Source of the DNA: Octopus sinensis
Taxonomy: Eukaryota
Assembly (NCBI RefSeq): GCF_006345805.1
Contig: NC_043005.1
Location: 65,162,001 to 65,226,000, forward strand
DNA: 64,000 bases
Reading direction: 5' to 3'
Of this stretch, positions 25,866-40,285 are shown piece after piece. Positions within the stretch are counted from its first letter, which is position 1; each line of letters opens with the position of its first letter. The notes under the pieces were generated by a model. That model searched no databases. It saw only the letters and a program-made list of their open reading frames with translations, and was not told where the DNA came from. The position numbers were made by a program, and so were the translations under genes.

Positions 25866-26569
25866 TATATACATACATACAAATATACATAGATGCTGAC
25901 CCATATATATATATATATATACCTATTCACACACACACACATACACAAACACACACACACATACACACACACGTATTTAGATATATATTGAATGACTTAT
26001 AGTAGAGTGCAGTGGATATACTTTCGGAAATCTGCAGTATTAGTGCTTATACAAAACAAAATACAATCTCAGCGGCATCACTTTAATATAAGTGGAATAT
26101 AAATGTAAAATGCATTAATGTAGTTAAGGTAAGTGCTTATATGAATTTGATTTATAATTCGTATTAGTATGACCTTCAGTTGTCACAGTTTCATGTAACT
26201 TGTATGCGTATGCAGTAATGATATTCCACATTCTCGGTTTACGGTTTTTCATATATTTTCATTTATCGCTAAATTATTTGTGAACACAACAGATTTTATA
26301 ATACATTTTCACCACAAGTGTGGTGAATGCGTTTTAATCCTACAAGAGTTTGGAATGATCATGAGGAGAATTTAGTAATTTGAAGTATTATAAGTCAAAT
26401 GAAACAAATTTGTATTCAAATATATAGGTGAATATAGTACTGGACGTGGATTGAAGAATTCTAGATAAGATGTCATATATATATATATTCAATGATTTAA
26501 TGTAAATACACGCATCTAAATGAGGTGTCGGCTTCAGCGAAAATACATATATACATATATACAAATACA

Positions 26570-26613
<44 letters not shown>

Positions 26614-27499
26614 CGTATATACATATACATACATGTGCCTGGGTGTATGTATGCATATATATATATATATAGATAGAGAGAGAGAGAGAGAGACACACAC
26701 ACACACACGCACACACATAATATATATATATATATATTATATATATATATATATTATATGTGTGTGTAGGTATGTTTTATGTACGTATGCACGTATCACT
26801 TTGTCTCTCTCCCCTCTCTCTCTCTCTGTATGTATATTTATACATATATATATATACATACATACAAATGCATACACATATCCATGACACATACACACTC
26901 ACACAACTATGTGTATATAAATATGCAAGCATGCCATTGTAACGATGTAATTATAAACATACACTATATATAATGCATAACAGATTTTTCAATCGACAAA
27001 TGATCATTGGTTATAGATTAGTTTGAAGATTTGTATAACGAATTATACATATAGAAAGTAATGCATTACCTACATATCTTAGAGACAGTATCGTGTTCCT
27101 TAATATATAGATGATTAGTGCCGAATTGTATAGCCACAATGACAGCTTGTTTTGGAGAACAAGATTTACGGTATAGATGCCAAAGAAATACAACCTTAAT
27201 GAATCTTGATTTTCGTTTCAATATACTACGATTTACAAGAAATATCGGAATATACAGCAAGACACATAGGATTTTGAAAAATAGGAAGTGACTCAGACAG
27301 CACTCAAGATAAATTTTTAGGCAGTTTGAAATCTTATGCCTTGGTTAAATTAAGCAGAATATGAGAAACTACTGAAAAATTCCAGGGTTAAAAGTACGTT
27401 AAAGTAATACAGCAGCTATTCAAGTCGCTGGCCACCGGTCTTCGAAATGCAATTTCATGCTGAGTGAACTGTTAACGCACATATATATAAATGTTGCTC

Positions 27500-27872
27500 A
27501 TAGGCGCAGAAGTGGCTGTGTGGTAGGTAGCTTGCTTACCAGCACATGGTTCCGGGTTCAGTCCCACTGCGTGGCACCTTGGGCAAGTGTCTTCTACTAT
27601 AGCCTCGGGCCGACCAATGCCTTGTGAGTGGATTTGGGAGACGGAAACTGAAAGAAGCCCGTCGTATATATGTATATATATATATGTGTGTATGTGTATA
27701 TGTTTGTGTGTCTGTATTTGTCCCCCCAACATCGCTTGACAACCGATGCTGGTGTGTTTATGTCCCCGTAACTTAGCGGTTCGGCAAAAAAGACCGATAG
27801 AATAAGTACTAGGCTTACAAAGAATAAGTCCTGGGGTCGATTTGCTCGAAACAAATAAAAGAGTAAAAGAGA
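27500..27872 (+). mobile_element. SINE family A copy with a small 3' internal deletion
   Basis: Matches the 3043-3469 copy but lacks about 40 bp between CTCGA and AACAAATAAAAGAG. Confidence 0.85.
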
Positions 27873-28329
27873 GAGTATATGACTCCAGAACTGAAATTCA
27901 ATTAGCAGTTATATCCGTGAGAAGATTTTGTTCAGTACCAGCTCTTGGAAAAAGGCTTTAGCAACATCCACTGTATACTTCTCAGGTAATGCTCATAATA
28001 AGACTGTAGCAGTGATTAACAAGGTTTTTTGCTTCCCATTTTTGTTCCCACACCCATTTAAATTTCTCCACTAATCCGTACCATTTTGTGTATGAACGCG
28101 CGTTTGTGTATAGATAGATAAATAGATAGATAGATAGATAAATATATAGATACATACATACATACATACATACATACATACATACATACATACATACATA
28201 CATACATACAACATACATACATACAAACATACATATCGGAATTATGCAATATTTTTTTATTCCCTTAGTTATATATGTTTACATCTTTATCACTTTGCAG
28301 TGTCATTGAATGCTTCCATTGACCTGATT

Positions 28330-29040
28330 GCTGCTTCGTTTCCGATTCGTAGCCATAACACCAGCCTTCGTCACTTCGTGATGACTTTCGGAGAAAGGTC
28401 CGGATGAACTTCCAACTGTTCTTCCAGTTCACGGTATGCATTCAGTCGTGACTGTTTTTCATCTTCCGAGAGCAAGTGAGGCACAAATTTTGCTGGAACT
28501 CTTTTTATTCGGAATTCCTAGCCCAAATGTCGTTGGCAGGAGCTTCAGATCACACCAGCCATATCAGCGAGTTCGTCAATTGTTCGGTGACGATCCTCCA
28601 AGATAAGTTTTTGAATTTTCGTGAGGTTTTCATTCGTTCGGTAGGTCGATGATTGCCCCGAAACAAGGTCTTCAAGTAACAGGCGGCCATTCTTAAAGTG
28701 TGAAACCACTTGTAAACTGGTGTTTTACTCATGACAACGTCCTTGTAAGCTGTTTAAAACATGAGAATTGTTTCGGCCGCCATCCTTCCAATCACAAAAC
28801 ACAATTTCATAAAAGCATGCTGACCCTTCGTTTCAGCAATCGCAAAAATCGACCAACAAGGGAAAACCGCTGCAAAACAAAGACGCACCACATGGTAGTA
28901 CGACCCTCCGAGATAACGCCGAGAGTCGCATCAAGTGGCTACTAGCGGCAGAAGCCTGAACAGCAACGGGCTTGTCTCACAGAGAACGTTCCGGTTAATT
29001 TTGGAATAATAGTAGGGAATATTATTCCAGAACTTACAGG
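28330..29040 (-). mobile_element. Mariner transposase fragment (second family)
   Basis: Translation includes AYKDVVMSKTPVYKWF..ILEDRHRTIDELADM..RVPAKFVPHLLS, with frameshifts. Confidence 0.8.
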
Positions 29041-29368
29041 GAAAAATTCAATTTAACAATTTTAAATCAAATTTTACAATATATATATGTATATAATTCA
29101 GAGAAAAACCTGTATTATAAAATTTAATAATAAAAGATGTTATTCACAACATATAGAAAGCATATACTAGAAAAAAAAAACCTTATTGTACTTTATTGAT
29201 TTTTAGAATAAGGTTATTATAGTATGTTTTCTATATGCTGTGAATAACATCTTTCATTATTGAATTGTTTAATAGAGGTTTTTCTCAAAATTATATACAT
29301 ATATATGAATGCATATATATATGTATGCATATATATATAGATAGATAGATTGATAGATAGATAGATAA

Positions 29369-29400
<32 letters not shown>

Positions 29401-29501
29401 ATAGATATACTCATGTATATATATATGTATGGGTGTGAGTGTATGTTTGTATATATGTATGTATATATATATATATATGTGTATGTGTGTGTGTATGTAT
29501 G

Positions 29502-29555
<54 letters not shown>

Positions 29556-29610
29556 ATATGATATATCAGATATATATATATATGTATATATATATGATAT
29601 GATATATCTG

Positions 29611-29648
<38 letters not shown>

Positions 29649-30142
29649 TCAAAAGTTTTAATTAAAACTGTATTGGATTACTTACATTCTTAATCCTCAT
29701 GACGCTCGTATCATCGTCAGAAACACAGCTCTATAGATTTGTTTCAAATAATTTAATGGAACATTATATAGATTAAAGAAAAAAGAATACACATCCATTA
29801 ATATTTCAAACATTTGTAGCTGTTTCTATACTGTAAATTTATAAGTCTATTTTGCAGTGTTTTTTTTTTTGCATTATTCTATCCAATGTAAATTGGTATT
29901 ACTTTTCTTTATTGATATTGGTTTGGGATTTTGGCACATGGCCAGAAATTTCGGTGAGTGGATAAGCAGATTGCATCAACCTTAGCTCTCATGTGGTATT
30001 TATTCGATCGAACCCAAAAGGATGAAAATCGACACCAGCGATATTTGAACTCAGGATGTAAATTCGGGGAAATACCACTAAGCATTTTTATAGAGCGCGT
30101 TATCAATTTCGTTTCTTTATTAATATTCTTAAAACAAAACAT

Positions 30143-30176
<34 letters not shown>

Positions 30177-30749
30177 GAGAAAAACGCCCCCGCCCAATGG
30201 ACGGTGCAGAGTTATCAAACATTTACACCAAATTTTCTCAAAACAACTTGTCCGACCGTCCCATAGGCCTCCCTCCCCTTTGAGAAACACTGATTTAACT
30301 TAAATTTGAGACACCACCAAAAGATGAAATAAAGATAGACTTTTTCTACTCTAAAGAAAAACGATTTTATTCGTACAAAAATGCAACCGAAGAGTTTTAA
30401 GTACCAGTAATGATAAGGCTGTTGACTGGGAGAACACAAACCTGGTTTAAACAGTAAGCTTGGCAGGAAAGAAACGTGCCTTTAAGCAGTACAAAAACAA
30501 CAAAAAATGGAAGGTGCAGTTATGTATAGGTTGACGGAAGAAAAGCAGGGCAAAAACGGCTTTATCGATCGCATTCTCACCTGCAATCGATTTTTGTATA
30601 CACGCCCTGATACCATCGGTATCTACATATCAAATTTGAGCGCAATCGGATGGAGGATGCCCGAGAACCGAGAAGATACACAGACAGACAAAGAGTGAAG
30701 AACCAAATTGATGCTCTCTGATCTAGATATTACTCTATTATCAATTCAC

Positions 30750-31700
30750 ATAAGGTTAGGATAGGTTTTTCAAACACAAGAAATCTCTTGCAAATTATCT
30801 CTTCTCATAATAACAAACTGTTAAATATTAATACATTTACTAATACTAACATTAATTTAGCTAATACCATCCAACCCTCTAGAAATATTAATAACAAGGT
30901 TATTGTATCTGAAGTCAATTCCAATAGAATTAAGTTTATGTCAAGTAACTCTAAGATTAAAAATTCTACATACCAGTGTATAATCAGTACTCGTAATAAA
31001 GTACGATTTTACATTGGAAGCACATCGTTAGAGTTATCTAAAAGAATTTCTATCCATTACTCAACATTTAGGGATAGAAATAAACGGAATAGTACCGGTC
31101 TCAGCAAACTGATTTGGGATTTAAAAGACCACAAGGAACAATTTCATTTAGAATGGTTGATTCTCTCAATTTCGATACCATATGACAAAGGCAAGAAATT
31201 CTGTCTTCTCTGCAATTCTGAGTTATTTTTCATTAATTTTTTCTAAAAATACTCTAGTAAACACGGTTATAGAGCGAGCATACAGATGTAAGCATTGGCA
31301 AAAACATACATTTAGTGCATATAAGTAGTCTCTATCATTATATATAATTTAAACTTTAATTTCCTTTATATTTAATATTCACTATTAACATCCCTACTCT
31401 TTCTGTTAGCTACTTATGACGTTATATCATATAAGGTTTTTTTAAACAATATTAATAGCGTTCTGTCAATCGCTATACAAATCCATCATTTTTTGCTAAA
31501 ATGTCTTATTGACGAGTTTCGTTCTTTTCACTTTCCTGAGGAGAAGATTGCATTGTTTATACCATTTATTATTTTGAATAGTATCAGTGGAATTTTCGAA
31601 ACATGCATCGAAAGTAAAAATATTTGATTACACCTGCGTTCAACTCCATTTATTTATTCAAAATATTCAACGTAAACACGAAGTTTCTACCTTTATAAAC
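30750..31700 (+). mobile_element. 5'-truncated Penelope-like element: GIY-YIG endonuclease plus 3' UTR with hammerhead
   Basis: ORF 30788-31246 contains YQCII..FYIGSTS..KRISIH..STGLSK.IWDLK..W.IL..CLLCNSE. An HHR-like motif lies at 31530-31615. Confidence 0.88.
31530..31615 (+). ncRNA. Hammerhead-like motif with extended stem II
   Basis: ACTTTC-CTGAGGA-GAAGATTGCATTG...CAGTGGAATTTTC-GAAA-CATGC-ATC-GAAAGT. Stem I is a perfect 6 bp; position 16.2 is A instead of G, consistent with CpG decay. Confidence 0.6.
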
Positions 31701-32044
31701 AAGAAGTTACAACACCTTTACTTGTGAGATTTTTGCTGCCCTGGTAACTATTTATTTATTTTTTCCGTGTTCATTTTTAACAAGGTAAAAATACACTCAT
31801 CTATTTATATATATATATATATGCAATATCTTCATGCATGGGTATAAATTATCTACTACAACATTAAAAGCTTAATTGCAACCCAATTGCATTTAGTTAA
31901 ATACACTTTTGTCAAAAAAGAAATTTCATAATAATCAGTTTGAATGAGAAAACTCTTGTATTAGCTCGGTAGAAATATGTACACAGTATATTTACTTTCC
32001 TCAACTTTTAGGTATTCATAGAAAAGTATATAAAAAGAATAAAT

Positions 32045-32317
<273 letters not shown>

Positions 32318-32647
32318 CCCTGCATTGGAGTGATTATTAGTTTGAATGCTATAATGATTAGCCTGTACCTTCGTAGTATTATCATAAGATTTTAATATTG
32401 CTGCCAATCGTATGCAGTTGAGAAACATCTCGCAGGTACTAATTATGTAATATGAATGTGTATTTTCAACAGTCATGATTAATATTAATGAAAAATACCA
32501 ACGTTTCACAACCAACAACTTTATTTCACATATATATATGTGATGTTACGTGTGTGTGTGTGTGTACTATGCGTGTGTGTTTGTGTCCATATGAACATGA
32601 AAGAAAATTGCTGGTTATGAAATGCTTGCTACCGTAATGTGTGTATA

Positions 32648-32700
<53 letters not shown>

Positions 32701-32704
32701 GTGT

Positions 32705-32742
<38 letters not shown>

Positions 32743-33486
32743 TGTGTGTGTGTGTGTGTGTGCGTAAGTGGCATACTTGAAAATATGTATTCTTATCAAA
32801 TAATTAATACCTGCAAGATATTTCTGAAACGGGTAAGGTTGGCATTTATAATGAAATGATATGATAATATGGAAGAATAGATTATTCATTATAACCTTCA
32901 AACGATGTAATTAGCTCTTTACAGGGTTCTAGAATTAGTTACAGACAATTCTAAAGATTTATACTTTGTCGTTTCAAAAGAAGAATACAATATATTTCGT
33001 ATCAGATGTAAAAGATTTAGAATTTCAAAAATGCTTGGTATATATCAAATATAAATATCCTATTGTCTCAATGCAGAAAAAAAAAACAAATAAGAAGTAG
33101 TTGATTTAAACTTTTCACTAGAGAAACAGCCTCATAGGTAAACTGAAATATTTGCAAATTATAAAGGAAAATTATTATTTTCTTGGAAGGAGACAATCTG
33201 CTTCTATATCAAGTTTATGTAAAGTTTTGTAGTGTTACTAAACTATATTATAAGCAAAAGTAGATTGCTGCCATTTATTGATAATGCATGGAACTGTCAG
33301 AATCGAACCAATGTGAAAGACTCGAATGACCAGACACTTAAATCATTTTCACCAGACTTCTGCATTTTAACAAGTATAAACTAACGTAAACACATTATTA
33401 CTACTTTGCATTGCTAAATATTGGTTAGTTGGATTGAACCCGATACATTAGTGTTATCAGCGAGTTGAAATAAAACGTTGACTGGC

Positions 33487-34920
33487 TATATATAGAGTAG
33501 TTATATAGTGTGTTATTTCGGTTTACTTCTCTAAGTGTTTGGATATCAATTCTCTTGACATCTTTTATCCCATCATTTATTAGTGAAGATGGATAATGTC
33601 TCTCGACGAGTATGCTTTTCAGTTCATGAAGTCGTAGGACCTGGGTATTTGCATCAGATACTGTTGTACAAATCCTTTTAACTAAATTGAAAAGGATATT
33701 TATTTAAACATGTTTCGAGTGGCACCAGCTGAATAACAGGCATCGCTTCGAGGCTGTGGGTTTATGATAAATGTAGGATTCCATTTGGTTATTGAATTAT
33801 TTTATTAAAATATCAAGAAATAGAAGTTTCTCTTTACTGTATTCTATTGTGAATTGGATGTTAGTGCTTATATCATTAAGCAATTATTAAAATTCGAATA
33901 GTGTATAATACTTTCCTTGTAAATCATAAAGCAGTCATCCAGATATCTTTTCCAGTTCTCTCTTATATACAGGTTAAAGGAGTATCAACATTTTTGTAAT
34001 GATTATTGATATACCGTCAAATACCTCATTACTAAGTTTGCAAGAACTGGGGATATTTTTGTTCCATGCTGTTCCACATACTGTCGTGGTAATTGCACGA
34101 AGTAATTATTCTGGATAATGAATTTTCATGCTTCCTTTATGGATCTCTAGCTGATTCACCCTGAAAATTTTTTGGATAATTTTCCAACCAAAATTTCATT
34201 CCTTCTAACCCATTGTCGTATGAGAATAATGTCCCACACAGTTTCACAAAGTCAAAGGGTATCATAAGTATGTCTCCACAGATTGTTTTTGAGAGGTGGT
34301 TAAGCATATCTAGATCGTCTCTAATGAAGTTTTTGATATACTTCAGAAGGAGTTTCTGTTGCTTAAGCGGTGGGTTTCACATGATGGGCCAGCTATAATT
34401 GGTCTAAATTTTTAATCTCTTGGCGATAGGACATTAATATATGTGTCTGATGATTCTTTGTGGGTTTCATTAATGCTCAAGCTTTTGTGAATGTTGGCAA
34501 ATCATACTAAAGACTAGGTTTACATTTAAAGTTTGCTATGTAGCGGATTTCTTTGTCTGTCAAACCTTTCCATGTAGGTGAAGTCAGAATGAAAGAGTTT
34601 TCATTATACTCTATTGTATATAGTTTTCGACCTTTTAGCGTATAGATTTGGGGTTCCAAATATGGCTAAAATGGCTTTTAATTAAACGTGTTGATGTTGG
34701 TATAATTTCATTTTGTATTTAGCTTTGCCTTTTTTTTAGGGTGGGGTGCATTTCTGAAACTTGTTTACCAAAGTCGATTGTGAGGCTGTACATAACTGAT
34801 CCATATTTTGACGAACCTATTCAGTAGAATATCTTTCAATCACCTTTCTTGCTTCTCGTGTACAGCAATTTAATTAATCGATTTTGTTAATTAGTATTGC
34901 TAGATTTGAGCCAATTTCTT
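33487..34920 (-). mobile_element. Penelope-like element, RT portion (inverted relative to its 3' half)
   Basis: Decayed translation includes FRPIIAGPSCETHRLS (about 34400), GTKISPVLANLVMRY (about 34050), WKRYLDDCF (33931-33954), IQFTIEYSKEKLLFLDIL and LVKRICTTVSD..HYPSSLINDGI. Confidence 0.88.
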
Positions 34921-34924
34921 TCAA

Positions 34925-35928
<1,004 letters not shown>

Positions 35929-36054
35929 AATATATAGATATAGATATAGATATATATATATACATATACATAGTCGACCGGTTTTGTACTTGGTAATCAT
36001 GACTACGTATATATATTTCTCAACGTAATTTATACACAAGCGCACGCGCATTTT

Positions 36055-36745
36055 TTTATTCTCTTACTTGTTTCAGTCCTTAGTCTGCGGGCATGCTGGA
36101 GCACCACTTCAAACGAATCTACCCCAGCACTTACTTTTTAAGTCAGGTCTATCGGTCGATTTAGCGTAACTGCTAAGTTACGGGGATGTAAACAGACCAA
36201 CACCAGTTGTCAAGCGATATTAGGGGACAAACATAGACACAGACACACACACACACATAAGTGCGCACACACACATACATACATACATGTGTGTGTGTGT
36301 GTGTGTTCATACAAGTGCTGTTGGTGATTTCTTTTCCTTCTTTGAACTTTTCACTTTCTCCTTTCCGACGAAGAAATATGCTCGAAACGTCAAAAACTCT
36401 CTTTTCTTATTGAGCGTCAAACTAATATATTCTTTGTGCACGTCCTCTTATCATCTGTTAATTTTATTATTCGTTTATTTGAATTCATTGTTCCTTTGAA
36501 TTAATTGTGTGTGCGTGTGTGTTTATATATGTGTGTTTGTTTGTGTGTTGTGTGTTGTGTGTGTGTGTGTGTGTGTGTGAGAATATGTATATATACGACG
36601 GGTTTCTTTCAGTTTCCGTTTTAAAAATTAATCACAATGCTTTGGTCGACTTGAGTCTATAATAAAAGACACTGACCAAGCTGCCACAAAGTAGACCTGA
36701 GTCATGTTGTTTGGAAGCAAACGTCTAATCACACAGCCACATATA
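36055..36745 (-). mobile_element. Decayed SINE family A interrupted by an HHR-bearing repeat
   Basis: Family A tail at 36055-36245 and head at 36590-36745. The foreign insert at about 36310-36500 sits in the central microsatellite. Confidence 0.7.
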
Positions 36746-36918
36746 CGTCCAGTTGTATTTGTAATTAGAATAAGTGAAGTTGTTTGCAAAGATATTTTTA
36801 TATGTGATCTGATGAACCAGCTTATTTGTGGTCTTCTGGTTTGCTAGAAATAGTATCGAAATGTCCTTCAAATTGTCTCCTAGCGATTTCCGATTGGCAA
36901 CCGTTATTATAATATATA

Positions 36919-36955
<37 letters not shown>

Positions 36956-37145
36956 CAGTATATAATCAATATATAATATATTATATTATAATATATAATC
37001 TATATATATATATATATGTATAGAGAGAGAGAGAGAGAGAGAGAGAGGGATAGGGAGAGAGAAAGATTGAGAAAGAGAGCGATACATAAATAGCTATATA
37101 CAGATATACAACACTCATAGTTATGTATGTGCATATATTTATAAA

Positions 37146-37182
<37 letters not shown>

Positions 37183-38062
37183 GTGTGTGTGTGTTTGTGT
37201 GTCAGAGAGAGAGAGAGAGAGAATGAGATAGACTAAGAGATAATTTAGTGTAAATGGTTATCTCAGAATTTTGAAATAGTCTTCATTCCAAATCAATTAA
37301 TATTCAAAATGGTAATGTAATTTATTCATTGTAGAAATCCGAATTGTGTGATAATGAATTTATTCAATTTGCCTTACTCTGATTCATTTCGTAAATCTTA
37401 TGTTGTTATTAATAGTACGTAGATGGCGTGTAATAAACTTCACTGGATAGACTATTTTTATTGGTAGAAGTTAAAGGCATCAAATTGCTGTTACATTCCA
37501 TATGTAAGTGAGCGTCTCGTTTTCTATTCCCGCTTTAAGAAATCATCTTGCATTTAAATATAATATCGATCGTACTGAAATGGGATCTATTCAACTGAAG
37601 ATAAAATTTTAATAATCTAATTGGAGAATGTTGTTGCTGCTATTTTTTTAAATCTCAGTGTAGTCCTGGTTGAGCAGATCAATGATCAGTGATGTCCCAA
37701 TGTTTTTCAAGGTATAATGTACATAGGTAAACATTAAGTAATCTATCTAATTTGTAATCGCTAACAGACAATTTGTATATTATTTCTAGCTAGCCGATTA
37801 ATCACGGAAAGGCTCGCCTATTAGATCATATTTAAAACAAATACATTCTAAGCAATTGCAGTAATTCATTACAAAGTGGTTTTGTTATAAATTCATCGTG
37901 ATTTCGATGACTTAACGGGCAACTACCCCTTTCTCCCAAGTTAATATATATATATATATATATAAATCCAAAGAATGGAAAGAAATCACCAGTAGCACGT
38001 GTGTAGCTACACAGTTAATGTATTTGATATATATCATCTTTCCTTCGTTTGGATTTTCCTCT

Positions 38063-38097
38063 ATTTCTGAAGAAGAGCTTTGATCGAAACGTTAAAT
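38063..38097 (+). ncRNA. Minimal type I hammerhead motif (extra A)
   Basis: ATTT-CTGAAGA-A-GAGC(ttt)GATC-GAAA-CGTT-AAAT. The core is complete, with one stem II mismatch. Confidence 0.6.
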
Positions 38098-38212
38098 CCT
38101 CTTTCTTTCCTTTCCTTAGCGTCTGATAATACAGTACTTGTACCACGTCCTCACGTATTTTTTCTTATTTGTTCTTCTTTGTTTAGATTCACTCTCTCTC
38201 TCCCTCCCTCTC

Positions 38213-38279
<67 letters not shown>

Positions 38280-38329
38280 TTTTAGTATCACTGAAGTCAC
38301 GATTGAAACATTTTTAAACAGACAACACT

Positions 38330-39100
38330 AATGGTGGATGTTTTATTTTCGTATTGTCTTATTTTTTTTTTATTTTCCAGATGGCCGGTCACTTGACTTT
38401 TCAGGAGCTAGCTAAGATAGAAGCAGGCTGTGAAGTGTGGAATTCTTTTGTTTTAGTTCAGAGATGGTGGCGTGCATGGGAAGGTAAGCATGCGTCCGGA
38501 GAAAATAAAAAGTTGCCGTGCGAAGCTGATTACCACGGGCTCTGTGAACGATGCAAGAAGTGACCGTCCAACTACATCTCGGTCAGTGGAGAACGTGGCA
38601 ACAGTGAAGGAAATGTTTAACTGTAGCCCGCAAAAATCAACACGTCAAGCACCTTGTGCAAATGGAATAACAAGGAGGCACATAATACGTACGATGTTGC
38701 ATAAAGAATTGAATTTTCATCCGTGGAGACCCCATTGCATGCAGGGACTAAAACCTGATGGGACGAGGTAGACCTCATGAATGGCCTCCAAGAAGTCCAG
38801 ATCTCACTCTATGTGATTTTGTCTGTGGAGCTCCACAAAAGAGATGTAGAAGAGAAAATCTTACAGAATGGAGGACCTGGGTACACGGATTCAGGAGGTT
38901 CTCAGGAGGTTCAGAAGGTTGTTCATTCAATCTCTGGCAGTTTGAGGAAACTGGTTGCCGGTGCTTACGTTGAAATATGAAGATTTAGTTTCATTTTTCC
39001 ATGTAATAAAGAACATGCATCACTTGTTTCAATAAATTTGTAAAAGGAATATGGATTTTATTACCAATTTTTAATGCCTACTTACTTTTGACCCACCCTG
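38330..39100 (+). mobile_element. Internally deleted Tc1/mariner DDxD element (maT-like)
   Basis: Translation includes MAGHLTFQELAKI..VQRWWR, RPTTSRSVENVATVKEMF..SPQKSTRQA and WPPRSPDLTLCD. The right TIR ends ..GACCCACCCTG|TA. The left TIR was not seen. Confidence 0.8.
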
Positions 39101-39101
39101 T

Positions 39102-39187
<86 letters not shown>

Positions 39188-39203
39188 GCGTGTGTGTGTT
39201 TAT

Positions 39204-39238
<35 letters not shown>

Positions 39239-40213
39239 GATAGATAGAGAGAGAGAGAGAGTGAGAGATGTGTGTGCAAATGCGTGCCTCTATGTATGTG
39301 TTATCATTAAAAGTACGCTCGTAAATATATTTGCATTTTATCTATCAACGTTCTGTTTCAGTACTTGAGCTAATCAATATGGTTGGCCGTCAAATTTAGT
39401 GGTGAGCACTCTTTACATGTAGTTACATGATGTTATCTCTTTCTCTATTTAAAGTGGATGAAGCAAACATTTCTGATGAACAGATAACGACCAGGCAGAA
39501 CTAGTCATGGTACATCACTGCGATTCGACAGAGAGAAAAAGAGAGAGGTAAAGAGAGACTTAAACAGACAGACAGACAAAGAGAAGCAGACAAAGAGAAA
39601 GGGGGCGGAATGAAGACTGAAGGGGAGAGAAAACCGAAAGATAGACAGACAGAAACAGATGCATAGGAAGAATGAGGAAAGGAGAGAGAGAATTTTGTGA
39701 TTTCACAAACATTTTATTCGCACATTTACCAGGTCCCTTCTCGTTTGTCCAAATTTGTTTCGTAATAACAACAGATTTGATGTGAATAATGACGCAGGTA
39801 AAATTTTAATTGCTTATAATATATAGGCATTAGGCCTGAAATTCTGAAGGAACTGGCTACTCGATTACATCGATCGCATTTCTCAAGTGTCGTTGAATTT
39901 TATCGAAATCGAAAGGATGAAAGGCGATGTTTACCTAAATGAGATCTAAATGTAAGTATAAGGAAAAAAGAGTGATATTCAAATGATTCTTACAATCTAA
40001 CATTGATAGAAATCCTTATTTGGCAGAATCGTGTCTGAAAAAATCTTCTGGTTTATGTCTTATGGCTTATACGTTCTGTGTTCAGTTTCTTCCAGTTTCA
40101 ACTTTGACATTTATCCCACCGATGTCATTAAAATAGAGCATCAGCTAAGTACTTAGGTGAATCGAATCGACAAAATTAAGTACCTTTCTCCTAGAATTGA
40201 TTACTAAATGCCT

Positions 40214-40284
<71 letters not shown>

Positions 40285-40285
<1 letters not shown>

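Noticed and set aside
39460-39515. CTGATGAA...AGAACTAGTC hammerhead-like text
   Set aside because: GAAA is broken and there is no stem II.
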